From Candidatus Woesearchaeota archaeon (GTDB lineage Archaea > Nanobdellota > Nanobdellia > Woesearchaeales > WJIZ01), in NCBI GenBank assembly GCA_018221205.1, contig JAAOYF010000028.1, positions 1 to 53,216 of the forward strand: a stretch of DNA of 53,216 bases. Reading direction: 5' to 3'. Shown piece after piece: positions 28,971-38,625 of the stretch. Position 1 is the first letter of the stretch; each line of letters opens with the position of its first letter. The notes beneath the pieces were generated by a model. The model was not told the origin of the DNA. It saw only the letters and a list, made by a program, of their open reading frames with translations, and searched no databases. The position numbers and the translations under genes are program-made.

Positions 28971-29291
28971 TTAAAGCTTTGCTATAACTTCATCAATCTC
29001 GTTTTTCAGCTGATCTTCCTGTTTGAATCCTATCAGTCTTGCCACTTCTTTTCCCTTGCTGAAGACAACTAAGCAGGGAATTGATCTTATCTCGTATTGT
29101 ACTGCCAGATCTTTCTGTTCTTCGGTATTGACTTTGCCGAATTTCAGCTTGCCTTCATACTGCTTGCTCACTCTTTCGAATACAGGGGCCATGGCCATAC
29201 ACGGTCCGCACCAGCTTGCCCAGAAATCAACAATAACAGGCAGATCAGATTGATCCACTTCTTCCCAGTTTGTCTTTTTGAGTTCTAACAT
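28971..29291 (-). CDS. trxA: thioredoxin
   Basis: DFWASWCGPC, IRSIP. Confidence 0.96.
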   Translation of the reverse strand: MLELKKTNWEEVDQSDLPVIVDFWASWCGPCMAMAPVFERVSKQYEGKLKFGKVNTEEQKDLAVQYEIRSIPCLVVFSKGKEVARLIGFKQEDQLKNEIDEVIAKL

Positions 29292-29321
29292 GGTTCCACC
29301 TACATATCCTGAATAAATATT

Positions 29322-29795
29322 CTATTTAATCTTTTCCCCTGCGATGAAGATACTGCTTTCTCTCTCGAATAATAATATACGGTTGTACAGGATCCTTGTC
29401 TTGATCGTATGCGGGCCAGGCGCGATGAGCCTATTGATATCGAATTCACTTAACGGAAGGGTGTAGGTGAAATCTCCTGTGAATCCTAATCCTTGATATT
29501 TTGCTGCGAGCAGCTCTCCTGATGCTATCTCATAAGGTTGATTTGTCTTTTGGATGAATGATTCCACTGTAAGAGAAGCCATCTGATCATCCAACTCTAT
29601 CTCGACTATCGCTTTGAGGGGAATGATCTCTTCTGACGTTGTCTTCAGGGAGATAGCCGCATCCACTTCTTGCAGCCCTTCAGGCTGCAATATAGCTAAT
29701 CCTGTTGTCGTGGGTTTCATCAATAGAGCAGCAGCGAAGAAGATGAGTATGGAGATAATAGGAAGCGCCATTGAGATGATCTTTTCTCTTTTCAT
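29322..29795 (-). CDS. membrane-anchored hypothetical protein
   Basis: N-terminal TM followed by TTGLAI, beta-rich body. Confidence 0.75.
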   Translation of the reverse strand: MKREKIISMALPIISILIFFAAALLMKPTTTGLAILQPEGLQEVDAAISLKTTSEEIIPLKAIVEIELDDQMASLTVESFIQKTNQPYEIASGELLAAKYQGLGFTGDFTYTLPLSEFDINRLIAPGPHTIKTRILYNRILLFERESSIFIAGEKIK

Positions 29796-30751
29796 TCTTT
29801 TCTTATCTTTGCGACGAAAAAGCCCTCTGTATCATTGTCTTGGGGCCAGATCCTCAGGCATTTCTCTATCTCTTCATTATATGATCTTCCTTCGAATTCT
29901 AAGATGGATGGGGAGGATTTCAGTCCTTTGAGGGAGACGGTCTCGAGCTTTGCATTCCCGTATCTCTGCAGAAGGAAATCGATGATGCCTTCATTCTCTT
30001 CTGGCTCCAACGAGCAGGTCGAATAGACCATTGTCCCTTTTTCTTTAAGACAGTTGAATGCTGTATCGATCAGTCTTCTTTGCTCTCCAGCTATCTTTTT
30101 TACCATGTTGGGGTTCCAGATCCTTAGCGTTTTGAGGCTTTTTCTTATCGTGCCAGTTCCTGAACAGGGAGCATCTACCAGGATCCTGTCAAATTCAATC
30201 CCTGCTTTTGCGAACCACTGGCCTTTCATCATGGTAACAATGGTGTTGGTGGTGGACATCCTCTGCAGATTGATGCCTAATGCAGCCATCCGTGCTCCGG
30301 TGAGATCATTTGTCACCAATGCCCCTCTGTTTTCCATGTATTGCGCAATCTGGGTCGATTTTGAGCCAGGAGCTGCGCACATATCCAATATGAGTTCCCC
30401 TGGTCTGGGTTCTAGAACCAATGGGGGGATCATTGAGGCTGCTTCCTGGATGTAGATATAGCCTAACTGATGCTCTCGGGTGTTACCGACATCTCTTCGA
30501 TAGTCTTCGCCCTTGCCTTTATGGTCGATCCAGAAGCCTTCTTTGCACCAAGGTATGGGATCTAACTGCCAGACCTTTTCCATTCTTTTCTTTACTTCTT
30601 CTACTGAGATCTTCAAGGTGTTTACCCTGATGCTTCTTCTGAGAAATGATAATGAATATTCTTTGAACGGCTCCCAATCTGTCAATAGCTCATATCTTTT
30701 CTTGAACTTATCTTTTATCTCGATCTTGTCATTTGGGATGGCTTTTGGCAT
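29792..30751 (-). CDS. RsmB/NOP2/Sun family RNA m5C methyltransferase
   Basis: QEAASM, DMCAAPGSKS, DAPCSG, YSTCS. Confidence 0.95.
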   Translation of the reverse strand: MPKAIPNDKIEIKDKFKKRYELLTDWEPFKEYSLSFLRRSIRVNTLKISVEEVKKRMEKVWQLDPIPWCKEGFWIDHKGKGEDYRRDVGNTREHQLGYIYIQEAASMIPPLVLEPRPGELILDMCAAPGSKSTQIAQYMENRGALVTNDLTGARMAALGINLQRMSTTNTIVTMMKGQWFAKAGIEFDRILVDAPCSGTGTIRKSLKTLRIWNPNMVKKIAGEQRRLIDTAFNCLKEKGTMVYSTCSLEPEENEGIIDFLLQRYGNAKLETVSLKGLKSSPSILEFEGRSYNEEIEKCLRIWPQDNDTEGFFVAKIRKE

Positions 30752-30858
30752 ACGTCTAGAGTTATCAACACCTACTTAAACTATGCCGTTTTTTTATGTC
30801 CTACTACTTAATGGTAACAAATGCAAACACTTATATGAAGATAATAAATTCTATCCCT

Positions 30859-31926
30859 ATGGAAAACGAAGACCAATCTACTTTGCCTTTTAATTTAGAT
30901 AATCTTCTCTATGTTTTAAGAGCAGATATTCCTATTGTTCTTATGAGCTTTGCTGCGGTTGCTAATGGTGATGATTTTTGTCTTGCACATGTTATAAGGG
31001 ACATAAATTCAAATTTGTCAAAGGGTCAACGACTACCTTCAAAAGTGATGGCCCGTGCAGCTGAATGGCTTACCCAACAGGGAATATTGGGAAGGACCTC
31101 TAATAAAAATAGGACCAAAGGACAAAATACACACTATCGTCTCAATCCAGAATATCAAACCTTTGGATTAGCAGCACAAGGATTACTCTATACTATCGCA
31201 CGAACTGAAATCCCTATGAATAAGCTGGTAGGCCAATATTATCCACATACGCTAGAGGGAAGTAAAGGACTTCAAAGCTGGTGGGCAGCAATGCATAAGA
31301 TTCACGAAGCAAGGCCCATGCACTCATCAGATCTTAATGAATGCCAATACTTAACCCTTACAGATCTGCTTGATCTTCCCGATTTACCTATGAGAGACGC
31401 TTTACATGAAAGAGTGAAACAACTGGCTGAATATGGTTGGGCACATTTGGTAGTCAATCCTTCAGAAATTGGTACATTTACGCATGCATTGATGAAACGA
31501 CTCGATACTAAAGGGGCCCATAATGTAAATACTCCTCTAGGGAAGATGAGAAGATATGCAGAGAACAGTGGAATTATTTCTAATGAGGGAGTGTCACCTA
31601 AACTCTATGGAAGAAGTGCGATTTGTAGGGATATGGAAAGGTATGGTACTACTCAAAGATCGGCTACAGTTATTATCGATAGATTGAGACAGCACGGCGC
31701 TTATCAGAAAGTACATCCTCCAAGGACTCTTGAACTGCAATCAACACCGATGGGTGTCCGCGTTTTTTCAGCATTTGATGATCAAATTACAAACATGTTA
31801 CTGGTCTATGATAAACGTGGAGCTGTACCGGATTTTCAAACACCTTTACTGAGATTTGGAATAGATCGGGCAGCAGCGATTGCTATTCATAATTATACGG
31901 AATCTAGAAATATCAAAGGTTCTTAA
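30859..31926 (+). CDS. hypothetical protein, possibly several winged-helix repeats
   Basis: ATG 28 nt after TTATATGA; three L..LxxxG-hydrophobic motifs. Confidence 0.65.
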   Translation: MENEDQSTLPFNLDNLLYVLRADIPIVLMSFAAVANGDDFCLAHVIRDINSNLSKGQRLPSKVMARAAEWLTQQGILGRTSNKNRTKGQNTHYRLNPEYQTFGLAAQGLLYTIARTEIPMNKLVGQYYPHTLEGSKGLQSWWAAMHKIHEARPMHSSDLNECQYLTLTDLLDLPDLPMRDALHERVKQLAEYGWAHLVVNPSEIGTFTHALMKRLDTKGAHNVNTPLGKMRRYAENSGIISNEGVSPKLYGRSAICRDMERYGTTQRSATVIIDRLRQHGAYQKVHPPRTLELQSTPMGVRVFSAFDDQITNMLLVYDKRGAVPDFQTPLLRFGIDRAAAIAIHNYTESRNIKGS

Positions 31927-33589
31927 CCATGTAACATCCTTCTAAATTATAACTCATTTTTCGATAGTATTCTCTCACACCGACTCCAGAGATGACGACT
32001 ATTTTATTATAGGAATGCTTTTTGGCAATGTCTTCTGCTTTTTTCAATAGTTTTTTACCGATGCCCTTGTGCTGGACATCTCCTTCTTCGCCTATTTCGG
32101 CAGCCATGCCGTAGACATGGAGTTCTCTTATTAATGCAGAAGAGTCTGTTATCTCAGGCCGTAATTGTTGTGAGGGAAATCTTAATCTGCAATAACCGAT
32201 CAAGGCGCCATTCTTTTCAGCGACGATGAAGAATTCTTTTCCTTGGGAAGCTTCGTATTCTTCTATTTTGATCTTATAGCCTTTTATGGTCTCTTTAGTT
32301 CGGCCTATCTCTCTACAACGGATGCATCTGCATGTTATCCCTTTCTTCTTCACTATTTTATCGACATACTGCCGTAAATTAGTTTTATCAACACCATCTT
32401 CTGTCATGTAGGTAGGAATGTCTCTCTGGACGCGCATCATCCTGCACCATTCAGGAATAGAAGGTTTGAATTCAGCTATGAGTTTGGCAGCTTCTGCTGT
32501 CCGTATCGGTTCAAACTTTCCTTTTTTCCAATCTTCATAGAGCTTTGTGCCTTTCATGACTAAACACGGATAGATCTTCAGCATGTCTGGCCGGAAATCA
32601 GGATTTGAGAATATCTCTTTCAATGACTCCATGTCTTTCTTTCTCGTCACTCCCGGCAGGCCAGGCATCATATGATAGTTGATCTTGAATCCTAAATCTT
32701 TGAGGATTCTCGTCGATTCTCTACTGTCTGCTAAGGTATGTCCTCGGTTGACTGCTTCCAACACTTTATCATAGACTGTCTGGATCCCTAGTTCAACTCT
32801 TGTGCATCCTAATCGTAACATCTCGTTCGCATGATCCAGCTTTGCATGACTTGGCCTTGTCTCTAAAGTCATGCCGATCTGTCTTATGTCGCTTGTTTCG
32901 TTCTTCACCTGCTCTTTTTCTAGTCCGCATTTTCCTTTTTTCTCGAGCAGTTTATCGTGTATACGCTTTTGCCTTTTCGGATCATTGATATCTCCGGGTA
33001 GCTCAAAAAATTTCTTGAAAAGATTGATCTTGAATTTTCCTTTGTCGAAGAATAATCTTGAGAAATCGTTCATGGCTTTGAAGGTGTACTTGACAAACTC
33101 TTCCTGGAACTCTTTCGATAATGAGGGAAGGGTGCCGCCCATGATTATCAGATCGACTTTTTCAGGTGTATGTCCAGTTACCATATATTGCTCTAATCTA
33201 TTCATGACTTGAAGATAAGGATCGAAATTATTTCTTATTGCTCTTCTGGTCGTGGGCTCTTTTCCAGTGTAGCTTTGAGGGACATCTCCAAATGCTGATT
33301 TCGGTCCGCCAGGGCAATACGTACAGGTGCCATGAGGACATTTATGCGGTCGAGACATGATGGCGACAGGTGCAACCCCCGAGATGCTTCTTGTGGGTTT
33401 GGTGAGAAGAAATTTCTTGACATCCTTTTGCTGAGATTCTGGAACGTTGAGGAGAATCTGGATATCTGTTGGAATGTAATGGAGATTGTGCTTCTTACAG
33501 AGCTTGGTCTTTATTCTGGCCAGCTTGTCCTTATTCGGCTTTTCTTTCTTTATGATGGAGATTAGCTCCTGAAAATACTTCTTTTCCAT
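31913..33589 (-). CDS. elp3: Elp3 tRNA U34 acetyltransferase (radical SAM + GNAT)
   Basis: CPHGTCTYCPGG, QSYTGKEP, RELHVYG, QHKGIG. Confidence 0.96.
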   Translation of the reverse strand: MEKKYFQELISIIKKEKPNKDKLARIKTKLCKKHNLHYIPTDIQILLNVPESQQKDVKKFLLTKPTRSISGVAPVAIMSRPHKCPHGTCTYCPGGPKSAFGDVPQSYTGKEPTTRRAIRNNFDPYLQVMNRLEQYMVTGHTPEKVDLIIMGGTLPSLSKEFQEEFVKYTFKAMNDFSRLFFDKGKFKINLFKKFFELPGDINDPKRQKRIHDKLLEKKGKCGLEKEQVKNETSDIRQIGMTLETRPSHAKLDHANEMLRLGCTRVELGIQTVYDKVLEAVNRGHTLADSRESTRILKDLGFKINYHMMPGLPGVTRKKDMESLKEIFSNPDFRPDMLKIYPCLVMKGTKLYEDWKKGKFEPIRTAEAAKLIAEFKPSIPEWCRMMRVQRDIPTYMTEDGVDKTNLRQYVDKIVKKKGITCRCIRCREIGRTKETIKGYKIKIEEYEASQGKEFFIVAEKNGALIGYCRLRFPSQQLRPEITDSSALIRELHVYGMAAEIGEEGDVQHKGIGKKLLKKAEDIAKKHSYNKIVVISGVGVREYYRKMSYNLEGCYMVKNL

Positions 33590-33620
33590 GCCAAAAGAAA
33601 CTTCACATCTCTATAAAAAT

Positions 33621-33761
33621 CTATTCTATAACTTCAATAAACGGACGGACGCTTTTCCGTGCCCTTTCTGTCAAGAATTCTATATCCTGCTTTGATTCTG
33701 CTGGCCAGGGCTTGTTCAGGTCTAATTCGACAATCTCTTCTTTTTCAATCAGTTCTTGCAT
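33621..33761 (-). CDS. 46-aa microprotein MQELIEKEEIVELDLNKPWPAESKQDIEFLTERARKSVRPFIEVIE
   Basis: SD AAGGAG, overlaps the end of the upstream gene; manual translation. Confidence 0.55.
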   Translation of the reverse strand: MQELIEKEEIVELDLNKPWPAESKQDIEFLTERARKSVRPFIEVIE

Positions 33762-34050
33762 CTTTTATCTCCTTGAGTTCTTTGAGGAAATATTCCAGGC
33801 AGTCCATACCGCAGAATGATGCCCTTTTCTTGAAATCGTCAGGACCGAACAGGATGGTGAAATTATTTACTTGTTTTGTATCCATCTCTGAAGAACAGGT
33901 TGCGCAGAACTGCTTATGCTGCTTCTCGAGCTCTTTGATCCTTGTGTCGAGGAGGGTAAGGAAAGAGCCATCAGATTCAAAATCGTTTTTCAAGCTCAGA
34001 AGCTCATGGTAATCGAGGTTGTAGAGCATTGTCTTGAATTGATATGTCAT
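33745..34050 (-). CDS. TRASH/MYM-like metal-binding protein
   Basis: CATC...FCGMDC treble-clef pattern; SD AAGGTGG. Confidence 0.8.
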   Translation of the reverse strand: MTYQFKTMLYNLDYHELLSLKNDFESDGSFLTLLDTRIKELEKQHKQFCATCSSEMDTKQVNNFTILFGPDDFKKRASFCGMDCLEYFLKELKEIKDARTD

Positions 34051-34060
34051 TGGGCCACCT

Positions 34061-34088
34061 TAAAAAAATAGGGGTCATTTGACCCCCC
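34061..34088 (-). promoter_or_regulatory. palindrome GGGGTCA-TT-TGACCCC followed on the minus strand by a T-tract
   Basis: Arms at 34071-34077 and 34080-34086; A-run at 34062-34068. Confidence 0.55.
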
Positions 34089-34113
34089 GAATTCAAAACC
34101 ACGCCAAGGAATG

Positions 34114-34284
34114 TCATGTATGAGGTTCGAACTTAACGTACCACTTATTTGCATCAGGATCGAAAGCGAAGACCACGTTGTATTTTCTGGTTTTATCCAG
34201 GGCGAAGAGAAGAGGCATAGGTATAGTTGTTTCAAAGCTTGAGCCTCGCCTGTAGAGCTTCCGTCTGAATTCTGTTGGTGCCAT
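34114..34284 (-). CDS. 56-aa AbrB/SpoVT-like DNA-binding protein (not in ORF track)
   Basis: MAPTEFRRKLYRRGSSFETTIPMPLL... fits the RK...G.S...TIP AbrB motif. Confidence 0.75.
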   Translation of the reverse strand: MAPTEFRRKLYRRGSSFETTIPMPLLFALDKTRKYNVVFAFDPDANKWYVKFEPHT

Positions 34285-34483
34285 TTGTGAAAATACTTAT
34301 TTTCTTTCTTATTAATTTCCTTATATTTAAGCATTTTCATTTGCTCTTACGCTTGCTCTTTCGAAATACTTATTTAAGTATTTCTTTATCTCAATATAAA
34401 AATACTTATATTTAAAGGTTCTGATTTCAGCTTGTTTTTCAGACGAGCAGAGGTTTTTTAAGTGAAACCGGCTGACACTTTCT

Positions 34484-35296
34484 ATGGCCTTTGCAATCAT
34501 TGTTTCAGAGCAGGATCCTGCAGGGATGAATATCAAAGCAAGGTTACTTGAGAGTTATGGGTTCAAAGAAAAAGGTGAATTTGAAGGAACAGCTGTTTTC
34601 GTTCTCGGTGATACTACACTTTATACTATCAAAGGTCCATTGATAACTGCAGAAGGGATCGATAAACAAATCCCTGAGGATTTTCTTATCTTTGGCAGCA
34701 AGCATGCGAGCAAAGAAGAAGTCCATTCTCTGAGCTGCCATTGCACTGGAAATTTTGGAGAGGCAAAGTATGGTGGGCAGGATAAGAAATTGAGCATGGG
34801 TTCTGCATTGATGTTGAAAAAAGCGTATTTGGAATTATTACGACATAAAGAAGAAGTGCCTGATCATCAGATCACTTTAGAGGCGACGCATCATGGTCCT
34901 TTACTGGAGAAACCCCACTTGTTCATTGAGATCGGTTCGACTGAAGAGCATTGGGGGAATGAAAAAGCAGGAAAGATCATTGCTCAGACCATCATGCATC
35001 TGATTGAAGGTGAAGATCTAGCGGAACAAGAGATTGTCTTTGCAATCGGAGGAACGCATTATTGTGCGACCTTCAATAAGATCCTTCAACGGACGAATCT
35101 TGCTTTTGCTCATGTCTGTGCGAAATATGGATTAGAACATCTTGACGAGGAATTGATACAAGAGGCATTTGAAAAGACTTCTGAGAAAGCAACGTCTGTT
35201 CTTCTTGACTGGAAAGGATTGGGAAAAGAAAAAGAACGGATCAAGAGCTTATTAGAAACAATGGGTATAGAATATAAAAGATCAGATAAATTATGA
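34484..35296 (+). CDS. dtdA: D-aminoacyl-tRNA deacylase (archaeal DTD2)
   Basis: SKH.S, SCHCTGN, EATHHGP, FIEIGS, GGTHY. Confidence 0.94.
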   Translation: MAFAIIVSEQDPAGMNIKARLLESYGFKEKGEFEGTAVFVLGDTTLYTIKGPLITAEGIDKQIPEDFLIFGSKHASKEEVHSLSCHCTGNFGEAKYGGQDKKLSMGSALMLKKAYLELLRHKEEVPDHQITLEATHHGPLLEKPHLFIEIGSTEEHWGNEKAGKIIAQTIMHLIEGEDLAEQEIVFAIGGTHYCATFNKILQRTNLAFAHVCAKYGLEHLDEELIQEAFEKTSEKATSVLLDWKGLGKEKERIKSLLETMGIEYKRSDKL

Positions 35297-36046
35297 TTTC
35301 TTCTCTTCTGGCTTGGCAGCTGGTTTCTCTCCAGGCTTGGCATCGCCTTCTTTCTCGTCAGGCATCAATTCTTTGATGATTGGATCAGGGATGCCGTCGT
35401 CTTTCATGCGCTTCTTGATGACATTGGCCTCTTTTCCTTTCAGCTCTTCTAAGATGGCCTTTGCTTTTGCTTCGAACTCACTCTTTCGAGCTTCCATCTC
35501 TTCGGCAAGCTTCTTCTTCTCTTCTTCCAGATGCTTCTTCTCTTCTTCAGATAATTCTGTCTTACCTGAAGCGATCTTTTCGTCGAATTTACCGGCGTTG
35601 ATCTCAGCAATAGCTTCATTAGCGGGCTTTCCCTCTACAAGTATGCCCATGGATTGGCATGTTCCGCAGATCTCTTTGACTTTCTCTTTTGTGGTCTTGC
35701 CAAGAGTAGCGTCTTCTTTCATCTTTGCAATCTTGATGATCTGCTCTATGAGTAAATCTGCGACTTTATCAGTAAGAGGATTTCCTGCTCCTTTCGCCAC
35801 TCCAGCCTCTTTCTTGATCAAAGCTGTAGCAGGCGGAGTTCCTACTGTTATCTCAAATTCTTTTGAATCAGAATCGACAATGACTTTTACAGGCACTTGC
35901 ATGCCTTTGAATGACTCGGTCTTCTTGTTTATCTCGGCAACGACCTGGCCAATATTCACTCCTAATGGTCCTAGGGCTGGGCCTAAAGGGGGTGCAGCTG
36001 TCGCTTTGCCGCCTTCAACCAATGATTCTATAGTTTGTGTTGCCAT
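35291..36046 (-). CDS. rpl11: 50S ribosomal protein uL11 with long C-terminal extension
   Basis: VEGGKATAAPPLGPALGP, GTPPATALI, GTCQSMG. Confidence 0.96.
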   Translation of the reverse strand: MATQTIESLVEGGKATAAPPLGPALGPLGVNIGQVVAEINKKTESFKGMQVPVKVIVDSDSKEFEITVGTPPATALIKKEAGVAKGAGNPLTDKVADLLIEQIIKIAKMKEDATLGKTTKEKVKEICGTCQSMGILVEGKPANEAIAEINAGKFDEKIASGKTELSEEEKKHLEEEKKKLAEEMEARKSEFEAKAKAILEELKGKEANVIKKRMKDDGIPDPIIKELMPDEKEGDAKPGEKPAAKPEEKKS

Positions 36047-36078
36047 CGTATTTAGGACCTTCAGCCAATTTATAAAGT

Positions 36079-36555
36079 TTACTCAGAAGAATCGTCAGTT
36101 TCTTCATCGCTTTCCCTTCTTATCACCTTCACTGCATCCATCTTCACAGTGATAGGAATGGGTACGGCGGATTCAAGCAACTCTACTACTACCTCTTCTT
36201 TCTGTTTGTCAATCCTTGTTATTTTCGCGTTTTCACGCTTGAATGGACCACTGATGATCTCTACAATATCATTCTTCTGGATGTTCATCTCAGTCTTGAC
36301 CTGTTCAAGCATATGCTCGATCTCTTTATAATCGATGACATTAGGCAGAACGCCTCTTGCATAAGGAACATTGAAAGCCGATTGCTCTGCATCTGATCTT
36401 GAGCCTGCTTCGACGAAGATATAGCCTCGCATGCCATGCGGCCTGATGACTGCATAGACCTCTAATTTCTTCCTTTTGGCATTACTCGTAACGAAGTCCA
36501 TGACTTGGTCTTCGCGGTTTGCCGTTGTCCTGATTGCATATATCTGTGCTTCCAT
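36079..36555 (-). CDS. spt5: transcription elongation factor Spt5
   Basis: NGN domain (TTANRE, GYIFVE) plus KOW (DIVEIISGPFK). Confidence 0.96.
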   Translation of the reverse strand: MEAQIYAIRTTANREDQVMDFVTSNAKRKKLEVYAVIRPHGMRGYIFVEAGSRSDAEQSAFNVPYARGVLPNVIDYKEIEHMLEQVKTEMNIQKNDIVEIISGPFKRENAKITRIDKQKEEVVVELLESAVPIPITVKMDAVKVIRRESDEETDDSSE

Positions 36556-36556
36556 T

Positions 36557-36742
36557 TTAGACCGGGAAAAATAGCTGTCTTGCGATTGAGATGACAAAGC
36601 CAAGAAGGCCGATAATAGCCATCCCTAAAGCAGATGCCTTGACGATAGTCATGAACTCCTGCCTGTCTGCTTTTTTTGTCACTCTCAAAACTCTCCGACA
36701 TTCAATCGCGAATGATTTGAGCTTCTGTATGGGCTGTTTCAT
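36557..36742 (-). CDS. secE: protein translocase SecE/Sec61-gamma
   Basis: ECRRVLRVTKK..EF, GMAIIGLLGF; ftsZ-secE-spt5-rpl11 synteny. Confidence 0.94.
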   Translation of the reverse strand: MKQPIQKLKSFAIECRRVLRVTKKADRQEFMTIVKASALGMAIIGLLGFVISIARQLFFPV

Positions 36743-36743
36743 T

Positions 36744-37838
36744 TTATTCGATGAATTCTATCCCTAACTCCTTTTCAATCTCTTTTCTTTTTACGTCTGA
36801 TGTCTTGAAATCATGTCCGAAAATCTGTGAGGACTTTACTCCTGTAACGATGAGCATCACTCTGACAGTTTTATCGAGGTCTTTATAAATCTGTGCACCC
36901 CAAATCACCCTGGCTTCATCACTCAGCCTTTCTGTAACCGCTTCGACGACCTTTCGTGCTTCATCTAAGGTCATATCATCTCCGCCTGCGACATTGATCA
37001 ATGCTCCGTTAGCATTGCTGATATCAACATCCAATAATGGGTTGTTTATTGATTTCTCGACAGCTTCGATAGCCCTGTTATCAGTATCTGATTCGCCCAG
37101 GCCAATCAATGCGACACCGCCGCCTTTCATGACTGCCCTTATATCGGCAAAGTCTAAGTTGACCAATCCTGCTTTCGTGACCAACTCTGCAATCCCTTTG
37201 ACTGAATTGGTCAGGATCTCATCTGCGACTTTGAAAGCAGTGTGAAGCGGTAGATCGGGTGCAAGTTCCAGTAATTTATCATTCGGGATGACGATCAAGG
37301 TGTCGACGATCTGCTCCATCTTCTCCAGACCAATGACTGCATTATCATATCTTCGATGGCCTTCCATAGTGAAAGGCATAGTAACAACACCGACTGTAAG
37401 GGCACCTACTTTCTTGGCAGCCTCTGCAATGATAGGAGCTGAGCCGGTCCCTGTTCCACCACCCAGGCCGCAGGTGATGAATACCATATCAGCACCCTGC
37501 ATGGCGTTTCTTAAGTCGTGCTCGTTCTCTTTGGCTGCCTCTTCCCCTAATTTCGGATTGGAGCCAGCGCCCATTCCCCTTGTGGATTCGCGGCCAATGA
37601 GTATCTTTTGATCAGCAGTCGTATAGAGCAGATCCTGGGCGTCTGTGTTGACAGCAATGGCCTGTGCGCCTTTGATCCCTACTTCTGCAATTCTTGTTAT
37701 AGTATTATTGCCACCGCCACCAGTGCCGATGACCTTTATCTTTGCCTGCTGATTCGCAAGATATTGCTCTAATTCAGCATCAGCTTCGTTGAACGGCTGT
37801 TCAGCCTGTTTTGCATTTTCGATTATTGAGTCCATCAT
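36744..37838 (-). CDS. ftsZ: cell division protein FtsZ (FtsZ1-type context)
   Basis: GGGGNN, NTDAQDL, GGGTGTG, NLDFAD. Confidence 0.98.
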   Translation of the reverse strand: MMDSIIENAKQAEQPFNEADAELEQYLANQQAKIKVIGTGGGGNNTITRIAEVGIKGAQAIAVNTDAQDLLYTTADQKILIGRESTRGMGAGSNPKLGEEAAKENEHDLRNAMQGADMVFITCGLGGGTGTGSAPIIAEAAKKVGALTVGVVTMPFTMEGHRRYDNAVIGLEKMEQIVDTLIVIPNDKLLELAPDLPLHTAFKVADEILTNSVKGIAELVTKAGLVNLDFADIRAVMKGGGVALIGLGESDTDNRAIEAVEKSINNPLLDVDISNANGALINVAGGDDMTLDEARKVVEAVTERLSDEARVIWGAQIYKDLDKTVRVMLIVTGVKSSQIFGHDFKTSDVKRKEIEKELGIEFIE

Positions 37839-37887
37839 TCCACCTCAAATCCCACTACTTCAAATCTGAGGATACTCCTATATAAAT

Positions 37888-38541
37888 TTATTTATTACTC
37901 TCCGGTTGTGCTTTGAATGTCACTTCCTTGATGGAAGGGATCACTTCTTTGATCTTTTTCATCACTTCAACCTGCAACGGCTTCTGGAGAGTCATCTCAA
38001 CCTCTGCCTTTCCTTCTTTTATACTTGCCTTAACCTCTTTATGGCCTAAGCTGATCTTGAGGAATCCTTTGAGCTTGTCGATATCATCTTCCACTTTCTT
38101 CAGGATCTTCACTTGGTAGATGAGGGTCTTTCCAGACAATGGATGATTGAAATCAACCAATATCCTGCCGCCTGTAACTGTCTTTATCACTCCAGTCAGG
38201 CCATCCACATTGATCTGCAGACCAGGCATAGGATCGATCTTTTGATCGCGAAATTTTCTTGCCGGGATGAGCTGCACTAATTTAGCAGATTTCTTGCCAA
38301 AACCCTTTTCTGCAGGAAGTGTGATATCGTATTCTTTACCCACTTCCTTATCCAGAAGTTCGTGCTCAAGGCCCTCTAACAATTGGCCCTGACCCAGGCA
38401 GATGACAATTGGTCCGAAGATGGAAGTAGGAGAATCTATTCCAGTCTCTTTTGCCAGCTCTTCATTTGTGGTGTCAAAGACCTGGTGGTCTTCAGTCTCT
38501 CCCGTATAGGTTATTTCGATGAAATCGTTGTTCTTGAACAT
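37888..38541 (-). CDS. long-type archaeal FKBP peptidyl-prolyl isomerase (SlyD-like)
   Basis: YTG..VFDTT, GLE..L, VDFNHPLSGKTL. Confidence 0.93.
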   Translation of the reverse strand: MFKNNDFIEITYTGETEDHQVFDTTNEELAKETGIDSPTSIFGPIVICLGQGQLLEGLEHELLDKEVGKEYDITLPAEKGFGKKSAKLVQLIPARKFRDQKIDPMPGLQINVDGLTGVIKTVTGGRILVDFNHPLSGKTLIYQVKILKKVEDDIDKLKGFLKISLGHKEVKASIKEGKAEVEMTLQKPLQVEVMKKIKEVIPSIKEVTFKAQPESNK

Positions 38542-38625
38542 TTTTTAGTTCCTTCTAGCTCGTCTTAAATGACTCAGAAGAATTTGTTTTAGTGTTGTTA
38601 TTTGATTTATAAAGGTATCGGATTG

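Noticed and set aside
34047-34340. 97-aa ORF in the track
   Set aside because: An alternative frame (34114-34284) gives a recognisable AbrB-like protein; this frame starts upstream of the TATA box and crosses the palindrome.
35313-36152. 279-aa plus-strand ORF, and similar long antisense ORFs such as 19135-19932 and 20502-21068
   Set aside because: Shadows of well-supported genes on the opposite strand; Ser/Phe-rich with no motifs.
36556-36603. N-terminal extensions in the ORF track (spt5; also starts at 822, 2588, 44948, 45465)
   Set aside because: They overlap neighbouring genes or promoters; downstream ATGs fit TATA spacing or family N-termini better.
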